DNA of 64,000 bases from an uncultured delta proteobacterium (GTDB taxonomy: Bacteria; Myxococcota_A; Polyangia; Polyangiales; Polyangiaceae): assembly GCA_963782055.1 (NCBI GenBank), contig CAWAIF010000003.1, positions 2,112,001 through 2,176,000 on the forward strand, in the 5' to 3' direction. The position numbers were made by a program, and so were the translations under genes. How positions within the stretch are numbered: the first letter of the stretch is position 1; each line of letters opens with the position of its first letter. The notes beneath the pieces were generated by a model. That model was given only the letters and a program-made list of their open reading frames with translations, was not told where the DNA came from and searched no databases. This document shows positions 1-10,709 of this stretch, in pieces.

Positions 1-246
1 GGGCGCGGGATAGTTGCCGGTGCGGACCTTCGGGCCGCAGAGGTCCTGAAGCGCGGCGACCGAGCGCTTCTTCTCCTCCGCCGCCTTGCGCAGGCGGCCG
101 AGCCGCGCGGCGTGCTCCTCGTGGGTGCCGTGGGAGAAGTTGAGCCGAGCCACGTCCATGCCGGCGTCGATGAGCTCCGTCAGGCGCTCCTGCGAGTCGC
201 TCGCGGGGCCCAGCGTGCACACGAGCTTGGTGCGGCGGATGGTCAC
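1..246 (-). CDS. pyk: Pyruvate kinase, N-terminal part (runs off the window start)
   Basis: Manual translation from GTG at 246: [15 protein letters not shown]...[18 protein letters not shown]...[12 protein letters not shown], the canonical PK N-terminal motifs. Not in the ORF track. Confidence 0.93.
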   Translation of the reverse strand, partial: MTIRRTKLVCTLGPASDSQERLTELIDAGMDVARLNFSHGTHEEHAARLGRLRKAAEEKKRSVAALQDLCGPKVRTGNYPAP

Positions 247-334
247 GACCGAAGCATGCCAAAAAAAGCGGCGCGGTGACGGATCATTTGCGGGTGGCCT
301 TGCGCCGGCGTCGCGCGGGCAGTACCAAGCGGCT

Positions 335-1615
335 GTGCCGGCGACTCGCGACGCACAAGGGCGCCTCTGCCTGGGGGGCCTCGCGCTCGACCGCGTCCTC
401 GACGATTCGGCGTCCGGGACGCCCGCCTACGTCTACGATCTCGACGCCATGGCGCTCGAGGCCACGCGCATGCGCGAGGCCTTCGAGGGGGCGGCGCACC
501 TCGTCTGCTTCGCCGTGAAGGCCAACAGCGCCGGCCCGGTGGTGCGCGCCATCGCCTCCACCGGGTGCGGTGCGGACGTGGTGAGCGGGGCGGAGCTGCT
601 CCTCGCGCTGCGCTGCGGCATCGACCCCGACCACGTCGTCATGAGCGGCGTCGCCAAGACCGACGAAGAGCTGGACCTCGCCATCGCGACCGGGCGCGAG
701 GGCATCGGCGCCATCCAGGCGGAGAGCGTGGAGGAGGTCGCCCGGATCGAGGCGCGCGCACGGACGATCGGCCGGCCCGCGCGCGTCTCGCTGCGCATCA
801 ACCCGGGCGTCGCGATCGAGGACCTGGACACCCACGTGCACGTGGCGACCGGCCACGACGAGGCCAAGTTCGGCATCGCCGCCGGCGATCTCGGCGTGGC
901 GCTCTCGGAGGTCGACCGCGCCGCGCACGTCCAGCTCGTCGGCCTCGGGACTCACGTCGGCTCCCAGTTCACGACCACGACCGCGTACCTCGAGGCCGCC
1001 GGTATCCTCTTCGACCTCGCGAAGGACGTCCTCGCCACCCACCCGCTGCGCTTCCTCGACACCGGCGGCGGCTTCGGTGTGGACTACGGCGCGGGCTGTC
1101 CGGCCGCTCCCGCGGACTTCATCCGCGCCGCGACCCGGCTCGCCGGTTCGCGCGGCCTGGGCGATCTGCCCCTGCACATCGAGCCGGGCCGCTCGCTGGT
1201 GGCCCCGCACGGCCTGCTGGTGGCGCGCGTCATCCAGCGCAAGGAGCCGCCCTCCGGCGGGGAGCGACGCTGGCTCATGATCGACGCCGGCATGAACAAT
1301 CTCGTCCGCCCGGCCCTCTACCAGGCCCTCCACCGCATCGTCCCGCTCGCCGCCGTGCCCGGTCCCACGCTGCCGTGGCGCGTGGTGGGCCCCGTGTGCG
1401 AGAGCTCCGACGACTTCGGCACCCACGAGCTCCCGGTCGCGGCGTTCGATCGCGTGGCCATCCTGGATGCCGGGGCGTACGGCTACACCATGGCCAGCCG
1501 CTACAACGGCCGCCCGCTCCCCGCCGAGGTCTTCCTGCGGGCCGGCGCCGTCGCCGCCGTCGTGCCCCGCCGGGACCTGTCGGAGTGGGCGGACGAGCGC
1601 GCGTCGGTGCGGTGA
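335..1615 (+). CDS. lysA: Diaminopimelate decarboxylase
   Basis: TPAYVYD, FAVKAN (PLP Lys), [27 protein letters not shown] and SRYNGRP motifs. Start moved to GTG 335 because the ORF-track start at 86 overlaps pyk. Confidence 0.92.
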   Translation: MPATRDAQGRLCLGGLALDRVLDDSASGTPAYVYDLDAMALEATRMREAFEGAAHLVCFAVKANSAGPVVRAIASTGCGADVVSGAELLLALRCGIDPDHVVMSGVAKTDEELDLAIATGREGIGAIQAESVEEVARIEARARTIGRPARVSLRINPGVAIEDLDTHVHVATGHDEAKFGIAAGDLGVALSEVDRAAHVQLVGLGTHVGSQFTTTTAYLEAAGILFDLAKDVLATHPLRFLDTGGGFGVDYGAGCPAAPADFIRAATRLAGSRGLGDLPLHIEPGRSLVAPHGLLVARVIQRKEPPSGGERRWLMIDAGMNNLVRPALYQALHRIVPLAAVPGPTLPWRVVGPVCESSDDFGTHELPVAAFDRVAILDAGAYGYTMASRYNGRPLPAEVFLRAGAVAAVVPRRDLSEWADERASVR

Positions 1616-1639
1616 TCTTCACCCGCCACGCCGAACGGC

Positions 1640-4312
1640 ATGTCGCTTCGCGCGGGACTACACTTCGCCCGCTGCAAGATGACCACAGCCCTCCACCACC
1701 ATCCTCCAGTCACGCCAGTCGCCCTGCGCGCGTGGCTCACCCTCGGGCTGTTCGTGCTCCTGGTCGCAGGATGCGCGCGCACGCGTCCCCCCGCGGTGGT
1801 GCATGCCGCAGTCGCGCCGCCGCGCCCTAGCCTGCTACTCGCCGACGGGGGCAAGGCGGTCATGCCCATCGTCATCGCCGCGGACGCCTCGGCGTCCACC
1901 CGTGGCGTCGCCGCGGAGCTGGCGGGCTACCTCCGCCGGATCAGCGGCGCCAGCTTCGAGGTGCAGAGCGGCAACGGCACGGCGGGGATCGTGCTCGGCA
2001 CGCTGGCCGAGTTTCCCGACCCCGCGCTCGTCGCGCCACTGCAGATCCGCGATGGGATCGACGGAAAGGAGGCCTACGCCATCCGCACCGAGCCCGGACG
2101 CCTGCGGCTCATCGGGGCGACGGATCTGGGCGTGTCGCACGCGGCGTTCCGCCTGCTGCAGGCCCTCGGTTGCCGGTGGTTCTTCCCGGCGAAGGAGTGG
2201 GAGATCGTGCCGCCCCGGCCCCACCTGACCGTCGGTCTGGACGAGACCTCCCGACCCGCCATCCTCTCCCGCCGTATCGGCTACGGCTACGGCTTCATGC
2301 GGGATCCGAAGAACCCGGAGGATTCGCGCAGGAGCAACGCCGACTTCGAGGCCTGGTGCCGGCACAACCTGATGGGCGACTCCTTCCACGTCTACGCCAG
2401 CCATGCGTGGCAGGCGATCATCGCCAAGCACAAGGCGGAGTTCGACGCGCACCCGGAGTACTACGCGATGGTCGACGGCAAGCGCCCGCCGTCCTCCAAG
2501 TTCGAAGTCGCGAATCCCGCCGTGCGAAGGATGGCCGTCGACTGGGCGCTGGACTACTTCCGCGCGCACCCCGACGCCGACATGGTCTCGCTCGAGCCGT
2601 CCGACGGCGGAGGCTTCTCCGAGAGCCCCGAGTCCACGGCGCTCGGCTCCGTGTCGGATCGGGTCTTCGGCCTGGCCAACGAGGCGGCGAGGGCCGTGCA
2701 GAAGGAGTTCCCGGGGAAGATGGTCGGCCTGCTTGCGTACGGCTGGCACTCCGACCCGCCGGACTTCGACCTGGAGCCCAACGTCTACGTGGAGCGCACC
2801 GCCGGCTTCACCTACAGCAAGCACTCCGCCGAGGAGCTCACCGCCCTCTGGGAGAAGCGCTCCCGTCACGTCGGCATCTACGAGTACTTCTCGGTGTGGC
2901 TCTGGGACTGGGACCTGCTCCCGGGCGGGCGAGGTGCCGACACTTTCTACCTCCGGCGGAAGATCCGCGGCTACGCCGACGCCCACGCGATGAGCATCAC
3001 CGCGGAGAGCAGCAACAGCTGGGGACCGAACGGGAGGGGCTACTACCTGGCCAGCAAGCTGATGTGGAATCCGGACGTCGACGCGCAGGCGGTGCTCGAC
3101 GACTTCTACGCGAAGGCCTTCGGCCCGGCGGCGCCCGCGATGCGCCGCTACTACGAGCGCCTCGACCCGGGCGGCGACCCGCTCCTCTCGAGCGACCTGC
3201 TCGCGCGTGCGTACCGCGACGTGGACGAGGCCAGCCGGCTGGCGAGGGCGCGTCCCGACGTCCAGGCGCGCCTCGACGACATCAAGCAGTACCTCCACTA
3301 CAACTACCTGCACTGGCGTCTGGACCGGACGAAGTCCGAGGAGGAGCGCAAGGCGCTGACCCTGGCGATCCTCACGCACCTTTACCGCACGCGGTACTCC
3401 TACATGAACCACTGGGAGGCGGTGCGGCAGTGGTGGACCCCGCGGGCGGCGAAGGAGTTCGACGAGCCGGCGTGGAGCTTCCGCGATCCCACGCCGGACA
3501 AGGCCTGGAGGGTCGCGGCCCCGCCGACCCACGAGGAGACGGAGAAGGCGTTCCGGGAGGGCCTGGCGTACTTCCAGCCGGAGCACGTCGTGCAGAAGTC
3601 GTTCTCCACCGACCTCGTCCCCGTGCAGTTCGACACCGGGCCGCACATCGCCAGCGTGCAGCAGTTCCAGCAGGGGCAGCGATACGCGCTCTACAGCCTA
3701 CACGGGGAGCCGCTGCGCCTGACCCTGGCCGCGGGGCTCATCGCGATCTACCGGGGCAAGCCGGACGCGCGCTACACGCTCACCGACGCGGCCGGCAAGG
3801 AGGTGGCCGCCGGGAGGTTGCCGCTCGATGGACAGAAGCGCGATCTGACCCTCACCGCGCCGCGCGCAGGGCTCTACTTCCTCGACGTGGACGACTCCGG
3901 CGCTGGCTGGCAGATCCGCCTGGAGGCGGATCGAGCGGCCTCGGTGGCCCTGTCGCGTACCCACGATCTCAGGTCGGCCGGCCTGATGCAGCACATGTAC
4001 TTCTACGTGCCGCGCGGGACGAAGACGATCGACTACTACTTCCGCGGCAAGCCGCACCACGTGCTCGGGCCGGACGGGAAGGTCGTCCAGGAGGTCGTTG
4101 TGCTCTCTGACTACGTGAGCGTCCCGGTGCCGCCGGGCCTCGACGGGAAGGTGTGGTCCTTCTCCGGGCTGGTACCGCGGAAGCTCGCGCTCCTCGACGT
4201 ACCCAACTACATCGCGGCGTCACCGGCGGCGCTGCTGGTACCCCGGGAGGTCGCGCGAGCCGACGGGCTCCGGATCCTCACTTCGGCACGGGAGGGATCA
4301 CCACGGCGTTGA
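1640..4312 (+). CDS. Secreted/lipoprotein with an alpha-glucuronidase-like N-terminal domain and a DUF4838-like domain (putative glycoside hydrolase)
   Basis: Lipobox LVAGC; AELAGYLRRISGA, LGCRWFFP, FDAHPEYYAM, SLEPSDG, YLASKLMWNP and FYAKAFGPAA motifs typical of DUF4838 proteins. Start could be 1679. Confidence 0.7.
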   Translation: MSLRAGLHFARCKMTTALHHHPPVTPVALRAWLTLGLFVLLVAGCARTRPPAVVHAAVAPPRPSLLLADGGKAVMPIVIAADASASTRGVAAELAGYLRRISGASFEVQSGNGTAGIVLGTLAEFPDPALVAPLQIRDGIDGKEAYAIRTEPGRLRLIGATDLGVSHAAFRLLQALGCRWFFPAKEWEIVPPRPHLTVGLDETSRPAILSRRIGYGYGFMRDPKNPEDSRRSNADFEAWCRHNLMGDSFHVYASHAWQAIIAKHKAEFDAHPEYYAMVDGKRPPSSKFEVANPAVRRMAVDWALDYFRAHPDADMVSLEPSDGGGFSESPESTALGSVSDRVFGLANEAARAVQKEFPGKMVGLLAYGWHSDPPDFDLEPNVYVERTAGFTYSKHSAEELTALWEKRSRHVGIYEYFSVWLWDWDLLPGGRGADTFYLRRKIRGYADAHAMSITAESSNSWGPNGRGYYLASKLMWNPDVDAQAVLDDFYAKAFGPAAPAMRRYYERLDPGGDPLLSSDLLARAYRDVDEASRLARARPDVQARLDDIKQYLHYNYLHWRLDRTKSEEERKALTLAILTHLYRTRYSYMNHWEAVRQWWTPRAAKEFDEPAWSFRDPTPDKAWRVAAPPTHEETEKAFREGLAYFQPEHVVQKSFSTDLVPVQFDTGPHIASVQQFQQGQRYALYSLHGEPLRLTLAAGLIAIYRGKPDARYTLTDAAGKEVAAGRLPLDGQKRDLTLTAPRAGLYFLDVDDSGAGWQIRLEADRAASVALSRTHDLRSAGLMQHMYFYVPRGTKTIDYYFRGKPHHVLGPDGKVVQEVVVLSDYVSVPVPPGLDGKVWSFSGLVPRKLALLDVPNYIAASPAALLVPREVARADGLRILTSAREGSPRR

Positions 4313-6077
4313 TCGGCTGGATGTTCATGCCCGCGGGGAAGGAGTAGGAGACGTTGGACGTGAAGGTGCTGGTGAGCGGCGTGCCCCAGCCCCAGACGTG
4401 CAGGCCGAAGGCCCCGTCGGAGCTCATCTCGTGGCGGCCCGTCGAGCACTTGCCGACGTTCTGGAAGTCGCCGGTGATGAGGTCCTGCCGCGTCCACTCG
4501 TAGTCGCCGACCGTCTGCCACCCGCCGAGCACCCCCGCGCAGTCCAGCGTGACGTCGTGGAAGTTGCCCTTGTCGTCCTTCTTGCGGATGACGACGAGGT
4601 TCGTCTCCGGGAAGGTGGGGTCCGTCATGAAGACGTAGTTGGTCATGAACTGCGCGGGCGGCGCCACGTAGGAGAAGTCGGCGTCGCCGTAGCCGCCGGT
4701 GTTCTTCATCTGCGTCCACTGCGAGCCGCTCATGTACTCGAAGAGCATGAAGGGGTGCTTGTCGTCCTGGCTCTTGACCACGAACGGCGCGCCCGTGATG
4801 AACTCGCTGTAGCTACCCTGGTTGAGCGACGCGGGCGCGCCGCTCACCTGCGGCGAGTAGGTGAGGGTGGTGCCGTCCACCGCGCCCACCACGCGCCAGA
4901 TCGCCGGCTCGCCGGTGCGCGAGCGGTACATCACGCCGACGTACTCGCTCGCCATCGCGCGCACCGGCGGGATCATCTGCTCGCCGTGGTCCGCGTAGGC
5001 CGTGCCGACCGGGATGCGCATGCCCGGGTTGCCGGCCATCACCCCGATGGGCTTGTCCGAGGAGATGACGCTCCCGATGAGGTCCGCCTTCTGCGAGAGC
5101 TGCGCCTCCTGCCCCTTGTTCAGCGTGAAGGTCGCCGGGGTGTTCGCCGCGCTGCTGGGGAGCCCGCCGCCTCCGGCGAGCGCCACCTTCGGCAGGATGG
5201 TGACCTTCGTCGCGTCCTGGGCGGCGATGATGTTGACCTCTGGGTTGTAGAGGTCCGCCGAGGCGGTGGTGGCGATGTAGTTGGTGTCCCTCGCGCTCAC
5301 CGGGAGCAGCAGCGACGCGCCGGTGACCGCGACGTTGCCGCCGCCGTAGGGGTTGATCTGGTACATCACGACCGGCACGTCGGTCGTGACGTGGAAGGAG
5401 CTGCCCTTGCCGTTGCCGATGACCATCGGCGCGGTGCCCTTGGCGCTGGCGATGGGGCAGCTCGGGACGTTGCCCGGACCGTTGCCGCCCAGGAAGAGGA
5501 TGGCCACCTCCCCCGCGGGCAGGCCGCTGTTGGCGTCGTAGGGCTGGTACGTCAGGTTCTTGCCCTGACCCTGCGGGATGCGCGCGAAGCCGGCGACCGA
5601 GAGGGTGGAGCCCTGGTACTCGACGCCGATCTTCGCCGGGCCGTTCCAGGTGTTGGCGACGAAGGCGGCGTAGCAGTAGCCCGCGCCCACGTCGGACTCC
5701 ATGTCGGTGGCGTAGTACTCGCAGCCCACCGACTGCTTGTTGTTCACCGCGGCGTCGCAGGCGTTGGTGCACTGCACCTTGGAGATGTCGCAGCCGTTGG
5801 TGCCCGTGCACGTCTGGACCGTCTGGCCGTTGCAGTCGACGATGCTGTGCAAATCGTTGGAGCAGCGCGACGCGCAGCCGCCCCCGTCGGAGCCGCCGGT
5901 GTCGCCGAAGCCGAACGCGTCGTCGATGGTGAGGACATCGCTCGCCCCGGAGTCCTGGTCGGGCGTGCCGCCGTCGCCGAAGGTGCTGTTGCCGGAGGAG
6001 CCGCAGCCGGACGCCCAGCACGCCGCGGCCGCCACCCCCGCCGCCGTCAACCCGAGCCAAGCACCTCTCGCCCGCAT
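4278..6077 (-). CDS. IgGFc-binding-domain lipoprotein, copy 1 (uninterrupted)
   Basis: ATG 6077 after GGAGG; signal peptide with Cys; SVGCEYY, ASLLLPVS.DTNY, ISSDKPIGV, DHGEQMIPP, SYSFPAG motifs. Confidence 0.8.
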   Translation of the reverse strand: MRARGAWLGLTAAGVAAAACWASGCGSSGNSTFGDGGTPDQDSGASDVLTIDDAFGFGDTGGSDGGGCASRCSNDLHSIVDCNGQTVQTCTGTNGCDISKVQCTNACDAAVNNKQSVGCEYYATDMESDVGAGYCYAAFVANTWNGPAKIGVEYQGSTLSVAGFARIPQGQGKNLTYQPYDANSGLPAGEVAILFLGGNGPGNVPSCPIASAKGTAPMVIGNGKGSSFHVTTDVPVVMYQINPYGGGNVAVTGASLLLPVSARDTNYIATTASADLYNPEVNIIAAQDATKVTILPKVALAGGGGLPSSAANTPATFTLNKGQEAQLSQKADLIGSVISSDKPIGVMAGNPGMRIPVGTAYADHGEQMIPPVRAMASEYVGVMYRSRTGEPAIWRVVGAVDGTTLTYSPQVSGAPASLNQGSYSEFITGAPFVVKSQDDKHPFMLFEYMSGSQWTQMKNTGGYGDADFSYVAPPAQFMTNYVFMTDPTFPETNLVVIRKKDDKGNFHDVTLDCAGVLGGWQTVGDYEWTRQDLITGDFQNVGKCSTGRHEMSSDGAFGLHVWGWGTPLTSTFTSNVSYSFPAGMNIQPINAVVIPPVPK

Positions 6078-6127
6078 CGCCGCACCTCCGGTGAGCGATT
6101 CTAGCACCCCCCCGCCGGGGGAGCGGG

Positions 6128-6514
6128 TCAGGACGAGGCCTTGACGTGCTCCTCGTACGCCTTCTTGTCCAGCAGGCCGGCGGGGGCGCCGCTCGTCTCG
6201 ATGACGACCATCCACGCCTTGCCGTAGCAGTCCTCGTTCACCAGCTCCGGCTTGTCGGTGAGCGCGCCGTTGATGGCGACCACCTTGCCGGCCACGGGCG
6301 CAAACAAATCGCTCAGGGTCTTGACGCTCTCGATGGTGCCGAACGCCTTGCCCTCGGTGAGCGTGTCTCCCACCTTCACGTCCAGGTTGACGAGGGTGAT
6401 GTCGCCGAGCTGCTCGACGGCGAACCCGGTGATGCCGACGGTGACCTTGCCGGCCTCGACCTTCGCCCACTCGTGGTCCTTGGTGTAGAGGAGGCCCTCG
6501 GGAAATTCGCTCAT
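6128..6514 (-). CDS. gcvH: Glycine cleavage system H protein
   Basis: YTKDHEW, GITGFA.EQLGD, IESVKT (lipoyl Lys), VNEDCYGKAW. Confidence 0.97.
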   Translation of the reverse strand: MSEFPEGLLYTKDHEWAKVEAGKVTVGITGFAVEQLGDITLVNLDVKVGDTLTEGKAFGTIESVKTLSDLFAPVAGKVVAINGALTDKPELVNEDCYGKAWMVVIETSGAPAGLLDKKAYEEHVKASS

Positions 6515-6539
6515 CGATGTCTCTCCTGCGCTCGGTGGG

Positions 6540-7652
6540 TCACTTGGCCCGCTTGTAGAAGGGGGTGGGCACGACCACCGCCTCGACGTTCTTGCCGCGG
6601 CAGTCGACCAAAAACTTCTGGCCGACCTCCGTCATCGCCGTGGGGAGATAGCCGAGGCCGAGGTTCTTGCCAACGGTGGGGCAGGGGCTGCCGCTCGTGC
6701 AGACGCCCACGTCCTTGCCGTCCGCGTCGCGCAGCACGTAGCCGTGCCGGGCGATGCCCCGGCCCACCATCTCGAAGCCGGCGAGCTTGCGCGGCAAGGG
6801 CTTCCCCTTGATCTCGGCGAGGGCCGCCTTGCCGACGAAGTCGCTCGCCTTCTGGAGCTTGACCACCCAGCCGAGGCCCGCCTCGATCGGGTTGGTCGTC
6901 TCGTCGATGTCGTTGCCGTACAGGGAGAGGCGCGCCTCGAGGCGCAGCGTGTCGCGCGCGCCCAGGCCGGCGGGCTTGATGCCCAGATCCTTGCCGAGGA
7001 GCATGAGCTGGTCCCAGAGCTTCGGCGCGTCGTCCCAGGCGCAGAAGATCTCCACGCCGTCCTCCCCGGTGTAGCCGGTGCGGGCGACGGTGCAGCGCAC
7101 GTCGGCGACGACGGCGTCGCGGAAGTGGAAGCTCTTGAGCTCGGAGAGCTTCGCCGCGTCCGCCCCGCAGCGGGCGAGCACCTCGAACGCCTTCGGCCCC
7201 TGCAGGGCGATGAGCGCGGTCTCGTCGCTGACGTCGCGGTAGTCGCAGTGGTTCTCCGCCGCCTTGCGGAAGACCTCGGTGATCTTCGCGCGGTTGGAGG
7301 CGTTGCAGACGATGAGGAAGCGGTCGGCGGCCGCGCGGTAGACGATGAGGTCGTCCAGGATGGTGCCCTTCGCGTTGCACGCGCACGTGTAGAGCGCCTG
7401 GCCGTCCACCAGCTTCGACACGTCGTTGGTGACCAGGTAGTCGACCACCTGCCCGGCGTACTCGCCGCGCATCTCAATCTCGCCCATGTGGGAGACGTCG
7501 AAGAGCCCGCAGGCGGTGCGGACGGCCTGGTGCTCGTCGGTGATGCCCGTGTATTGTACAGGCATCTCGAAGCCGGCGAAGGGCACCAGGCGCCCCCCGG
7601 CCTTGACGTGGGCATCGTACAGGGAGGTTCGGCGGAGGGTCTCGTCGCTCAT
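6540..7652 (-). CDS. gcvT: Glycine cleavage system aminomethyltransferase T
   Basis: FAGFEMPVQY, LFDVSHMG, RTGYTGEDG, GLGARDTLRLEA, PFYKR. Confidence 0.97.
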   Translation of the reverse strand: MSDETLRRTSLYDAHVKAGGRLVPFAGFEMPVQYTGITDEHQAVRTACGLFDVSHMGEIEMRGEYAGQVVDYLVTNDVSKLVDGQALYTCACNAKGTILDDLIVYRAAADRFLIVCNASNRAKITEVFRKAAENHCDYRDVSDETALIALQGPKAFEVLARCGADAAKLSELKSFHFRDAVVADVRCTVARTGYTGEDGVEIFCAWDDAPKLWDQLMLLGKDLGIKPAGLGARDTLRLEARLSLYGNDIDETTNPIEAGLGWVVKLQKASDFVGKAALAEIKGKPLPRKLAGFEMVGRGIARHGYVLRDADGKDVGVCTSGSPCPTVGKNLGLGYLPTAMTEVGQKFLVDCRGKNVEAVVVPTPFYKRAK

Positions 7653-7697
7653 CGGAGTGGGGCGCAGCCTAGACGGGCCGGGCTCGCCGGTCGAGCG

Positions 7698-8174
7698 TCA
7701 GAAGCGCGCGGCGAGCGAAATGCCCGCGAAGGTGGGTGCCACGGTGGGGGTGAGCACCAGCGCGGCGCGCCGCGCCCCCGTCGGCTCCAGGAAGTGCCAC
7801 ACCAGCCCGGTGATGAGCGCCGTGCCGCCCGCGGCCGCCATGACCACGCCGATGACGTTCATGGCGTGCTCGCCGTCCACGTTGGTCTGCAGGTGTGTCG
7901 CGTCGACGCCCGCCGGGCACACGACCTGGGGGCTGGTCGAGCAGCCCTTCTCGTTCGCCTCCGTCTGGGCGTCGTCGTTCGCCTTGGCGGCGCCCACGAA
8001 GGACAGCGCCCCGATGGCGGCCACCCCCGCGCCCACGCCCGCGAGGATCCAGGGCGCGGCGGTGTGGTGCCGCTCCGGCTGCGGCGCCGGCGGACCTGAA
8101 TCGTCTGCGCGGGCCTGCACCGCTTGCGCGAGCACCAGCCCCAGCGCGCCCACCAACACCGGCAGTTTCTTCAT
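7698..8174 (-). CDS. Hypothetical exported/membrane protein resembling the C-terminal tail of myxobacterial PEGA proteins
   Basis: Signal peptide MKKLPVL...VQA, two hydrophobic segments flanking a Cys pair, C-terminal ...SLAARF. Confidence 0.6.
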   Translation of the reverse strand: MKKLPVLVGALGLVLAQAVQARADDSGPPAPQPERHHTAAPWILAGVGAGVAAIGALSFVGAAKANDDAQTEANEKGCSTSPQVVCPAGVDATHLQTNVDGEHAMNVIGVVMAAAGGTALITGLVWHFLEPTGARRAALVLTPTVAPTFAGISLAARF

Positions 8175-8199
8175 CACCTGGCTCCTTGCGGGCGCCAGG

Positions 8200-8215
8200 T
8201 GCATCGGCCACGCCA
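8200..8215 (-). promoter_or_regulatory. Candidate sigma54 (-24/-12) promoter
   Basis: Minus strand TGGCGTGGCCGATGCA has GG-N10-GC spacing and lies 25 nt upstream of ATG 8174. Confidence 0.3.
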
Positions 8216-8248
8216 CCTTCGCAGGTCAGCGTCCGCGCGGAGTCGCCC

Positions 8249-9343
8249 TCAGTTGCACGTCACGCTGTTGATGATGGTTCCCGCGCCGTGGTTCGCGAGG
8301 ATGCTCGTGCTCTGGTAGTAGACCGCGATGTTCACCCCGTACTCCGGCATCGTCCCGAGGTTGGTGCCGTAGCTGCCCCCCCAGCAGGGGAAGCCGCCGG
8401 TGGCCTGGGCAGTCGCCGTGGTGAAGCTCGCCGCGGTGGAGGCGGAGTTACCCGTCAGCAGCTTGCAGTACAGGTCGGCGTCGGCCTGATCGCAGCCGGA
8501 GCCGCCCGCCCAGGTGCAGGAGCCGTTGCAGTACAGCTGCGGCACCTTGGAGAAGTCGAACTTGCACTCGTTGGTCGACCCGCCCGGACGGCAGGTGATC
8601 TGGTTGCCCGCCGGGACGCCGAGCGTGCCGTCGCACCGCTCGCCGTTGTCGATGACGCCGTTGCCGCAGAGGGTGGCGGCGCACTTGCCCTGCACGCAGA
8701 CCGGCGTCTGCGAGGGGCACACGGTGCCGCACGTGCCGCAGTTGCTCTCGTCGGACGTGAGGTCGGCCTCGCAGCCGTCGGTCGCCTGCTTGTTGCAGTC
8801 GTCCCAGCCCTGATCGCAGGAGCCCACGCCGCACGCGCCGGCCACGCACCCCGGCTGCCCGTGGTCGATCGCCGCGTCGCAGACGGTGCCGCACGAGCCG
8901 CAGTTGTTGTCGTCGGTCTGCGGGTTCACGCAGGCGAGGCCGGCGTCGACGCCGGCGTCGTCGGCGGTGTCGCAGGGCGTCTCCGGCGCGGTGCACTTGA
9001 GCGTGCACTTGCCGGCGACGCAGGAGAGGCCCTGCGGGCAGGCCTGCGCGCACGCGCCGCAGTTCTTGTCGTCTGCGAGCAGGTCGATGCAGTCGTTGCC
9101 ACACTTGTTCTCGGTGGCGGCGCACGAGGACGAGCAGACGCCCTTGTCGCACACCTCGCCGGCCTTGCACCCCGCGTCGCAGGGGGTGCCGGAGGGCGCG
9201 TCGCTCGGGCCGGCGTCGCCGCCGCCACCGGCGTCGCCGGGGAGGTCGGCGACCTTTCCGGTGGCGCACCCCGACGCGAAGCAGACGGCGGCGAAGAGCG
9301 CGGCCCCGGCCACGGCGAGGACGCGAGGAAGGCGAGGCTTCAT
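8249..9343 (-). CDS. Cysteine-rich lipoprotein with myxobacterial disulfide repeats
   Basis: Lipobox FASGC; three DxxNCGxC repeats; one CGNGVIDNGERCDG repeat. Confidence 0.8.
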   Translation of the reverse strand: MKPRLPRVLAVAGAALFAAVCFASGCATGKVADLPGDAGGGGDAGPSDAPSGTPCDAGCKAGEVCDKGVCSSSCAATENKCGNDCIDLLADDKNCGACAQACPQGLSCVAGKCTLKCTAPETPCDTADDAGVDAGLACVNPQTDDNNCGSCGTVCDAAIDHGQPGCVAGACGVGSCDQGWDDCNKQATDGCEADLTSDESNCGTCGTVCPSQTPVCVQGKCAATLCGNGVIDNGERCDGTLGVPAGNQITCRPGGSTNECKFDFSKVPQLYCNGSCTWAGGSGCDQADADLYCKLLTGNSASTAASFTTATAQATGGFPCWGGSYGTNLGTMPEYGVNIAVYYQSTSILANHGAGTIINSVTCN

Positions 9344-10709
9344 GGGATCCTCAGTGCGGGGTGGGCGGGATGACGACGGTGTTGATGGGCTGGACGTTCA
9401 TCCCGCCGGGGTACGCGTAGGAGACGTTCTCGGTGAAGATGCTGGTCTTGGGCGTGCCCCAGCCCCAGACCCAGAGGCCGAAGGGCGCCTTGCTCTCGAG
9501 CTCGTGGCGGCCGTTGGAGCAGCCATTGACGCTCTGGAAGTCGCCGGTGGAGACGTCCTGCCGCGTCCACTCGTAGTCGCCGACCGCCTTCCATCCGGTC
9601 AGGGGGGACTTGAGGCAGTCGAGGGTGACGTCCTGGAACTGGTTGTTTTCGTCCTTGCGGCGCACCACCACCAGGTTGGTCTCCGGGAAGGTGGGGTCCG
9701 TCATGATGACGTACTGGTTCATGTACTGCTGCGGCGGGACCATGACGGAGAAGTCGGGATCGCCGTAGCCGCTCTTGTCCTGCATCTGCGTCCAGTTGGA
9801 GCCGCTCATGTAGGCGAAGAGCTCGAAGGGGTGCTTGTCGTCCTGGCTCTTCACGACGAAGGGCGTGCCCGTCGTGAACTCGACCATCTGGCCTTCCTTC
9901 ACTGTGGCCGGGGCGCCGGCGATCTGCGGGGTGTAGGTGAGCTTGGTGCCGTCCACCGCGCCGACGACGCGCCAGATGGCCGGCTCGCCGGCGCGCGGCC
10001 GGTACATCACGCCGACGTACTCGCTGCCCAGGGCGCGCACCGGCGGGATCATCTGCTCGCCGTGGTCGCAGAAGATGGTGCCCTGCGGCATGTTCATGCA
10101 CGGGTTGCCCGCCATCACCCCGATGGGCGCGGTGGAGGAGATGACGCTCCCGACGAGGTCGGCGCTCTGCTTGATCTGCGCCTGCCCGCCCTTGTTCAGG
10201 GTGAAGGTCACCGGCGAGTTGGCGCCCGCGGAGGGGATCCCGTTGCCGCCGGCCAGCGCGACGCTGGGGAGGAAGGTGATCTTGTTGTTGTCGGTCGCCG
10301 AGATGATGTTGATCGACGGGGCGTCGACCGTCTGCGGCGAGGCGGTGGAGGCGATGTAGTTGGTGTCCCACGCGCTGACGGGCAGGAGCAGCGAGGCGCC
10401 GGTGACGGCGACGCTGCCGCCGCCGTAGGGGTTCATCTCGTAGGCGACGACGGGGACGTCGGTGGTGATGTGGAAGGAGTGGCCCCCGTTGCCCGAGCCG
10501 CCGGACGGCGCGTACATCGCCGCGGTGCCCTGGAAGGTGGGCGCCGGGCAGAGCGGCTTGGCGCCCTGGTTGCCGCCGAGGAAGACGATGGCGACCTCGC
10601 CCGCGGCCAGGCCGGTGGCGGAGCTGTAGGCCTGGTAGGTGAGGCTCGCCCCGGAGCCCTGCGGGATGCGCGTGAAGTTGTCGATGTTGGTGACCTTGGT
10701 GCCGTTGAA

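Noticed and set aside
86..334. N-terminal extension of LysA in the ORF track
   Set aside because: It overlaps pyk on the opposite strand; LysA similarity begins near 335.
7653..7697. Glycine riboswitch upstream of gcvT
   Set aside because: Only 45 nt of intergenic sequence and no aptamer motifs.
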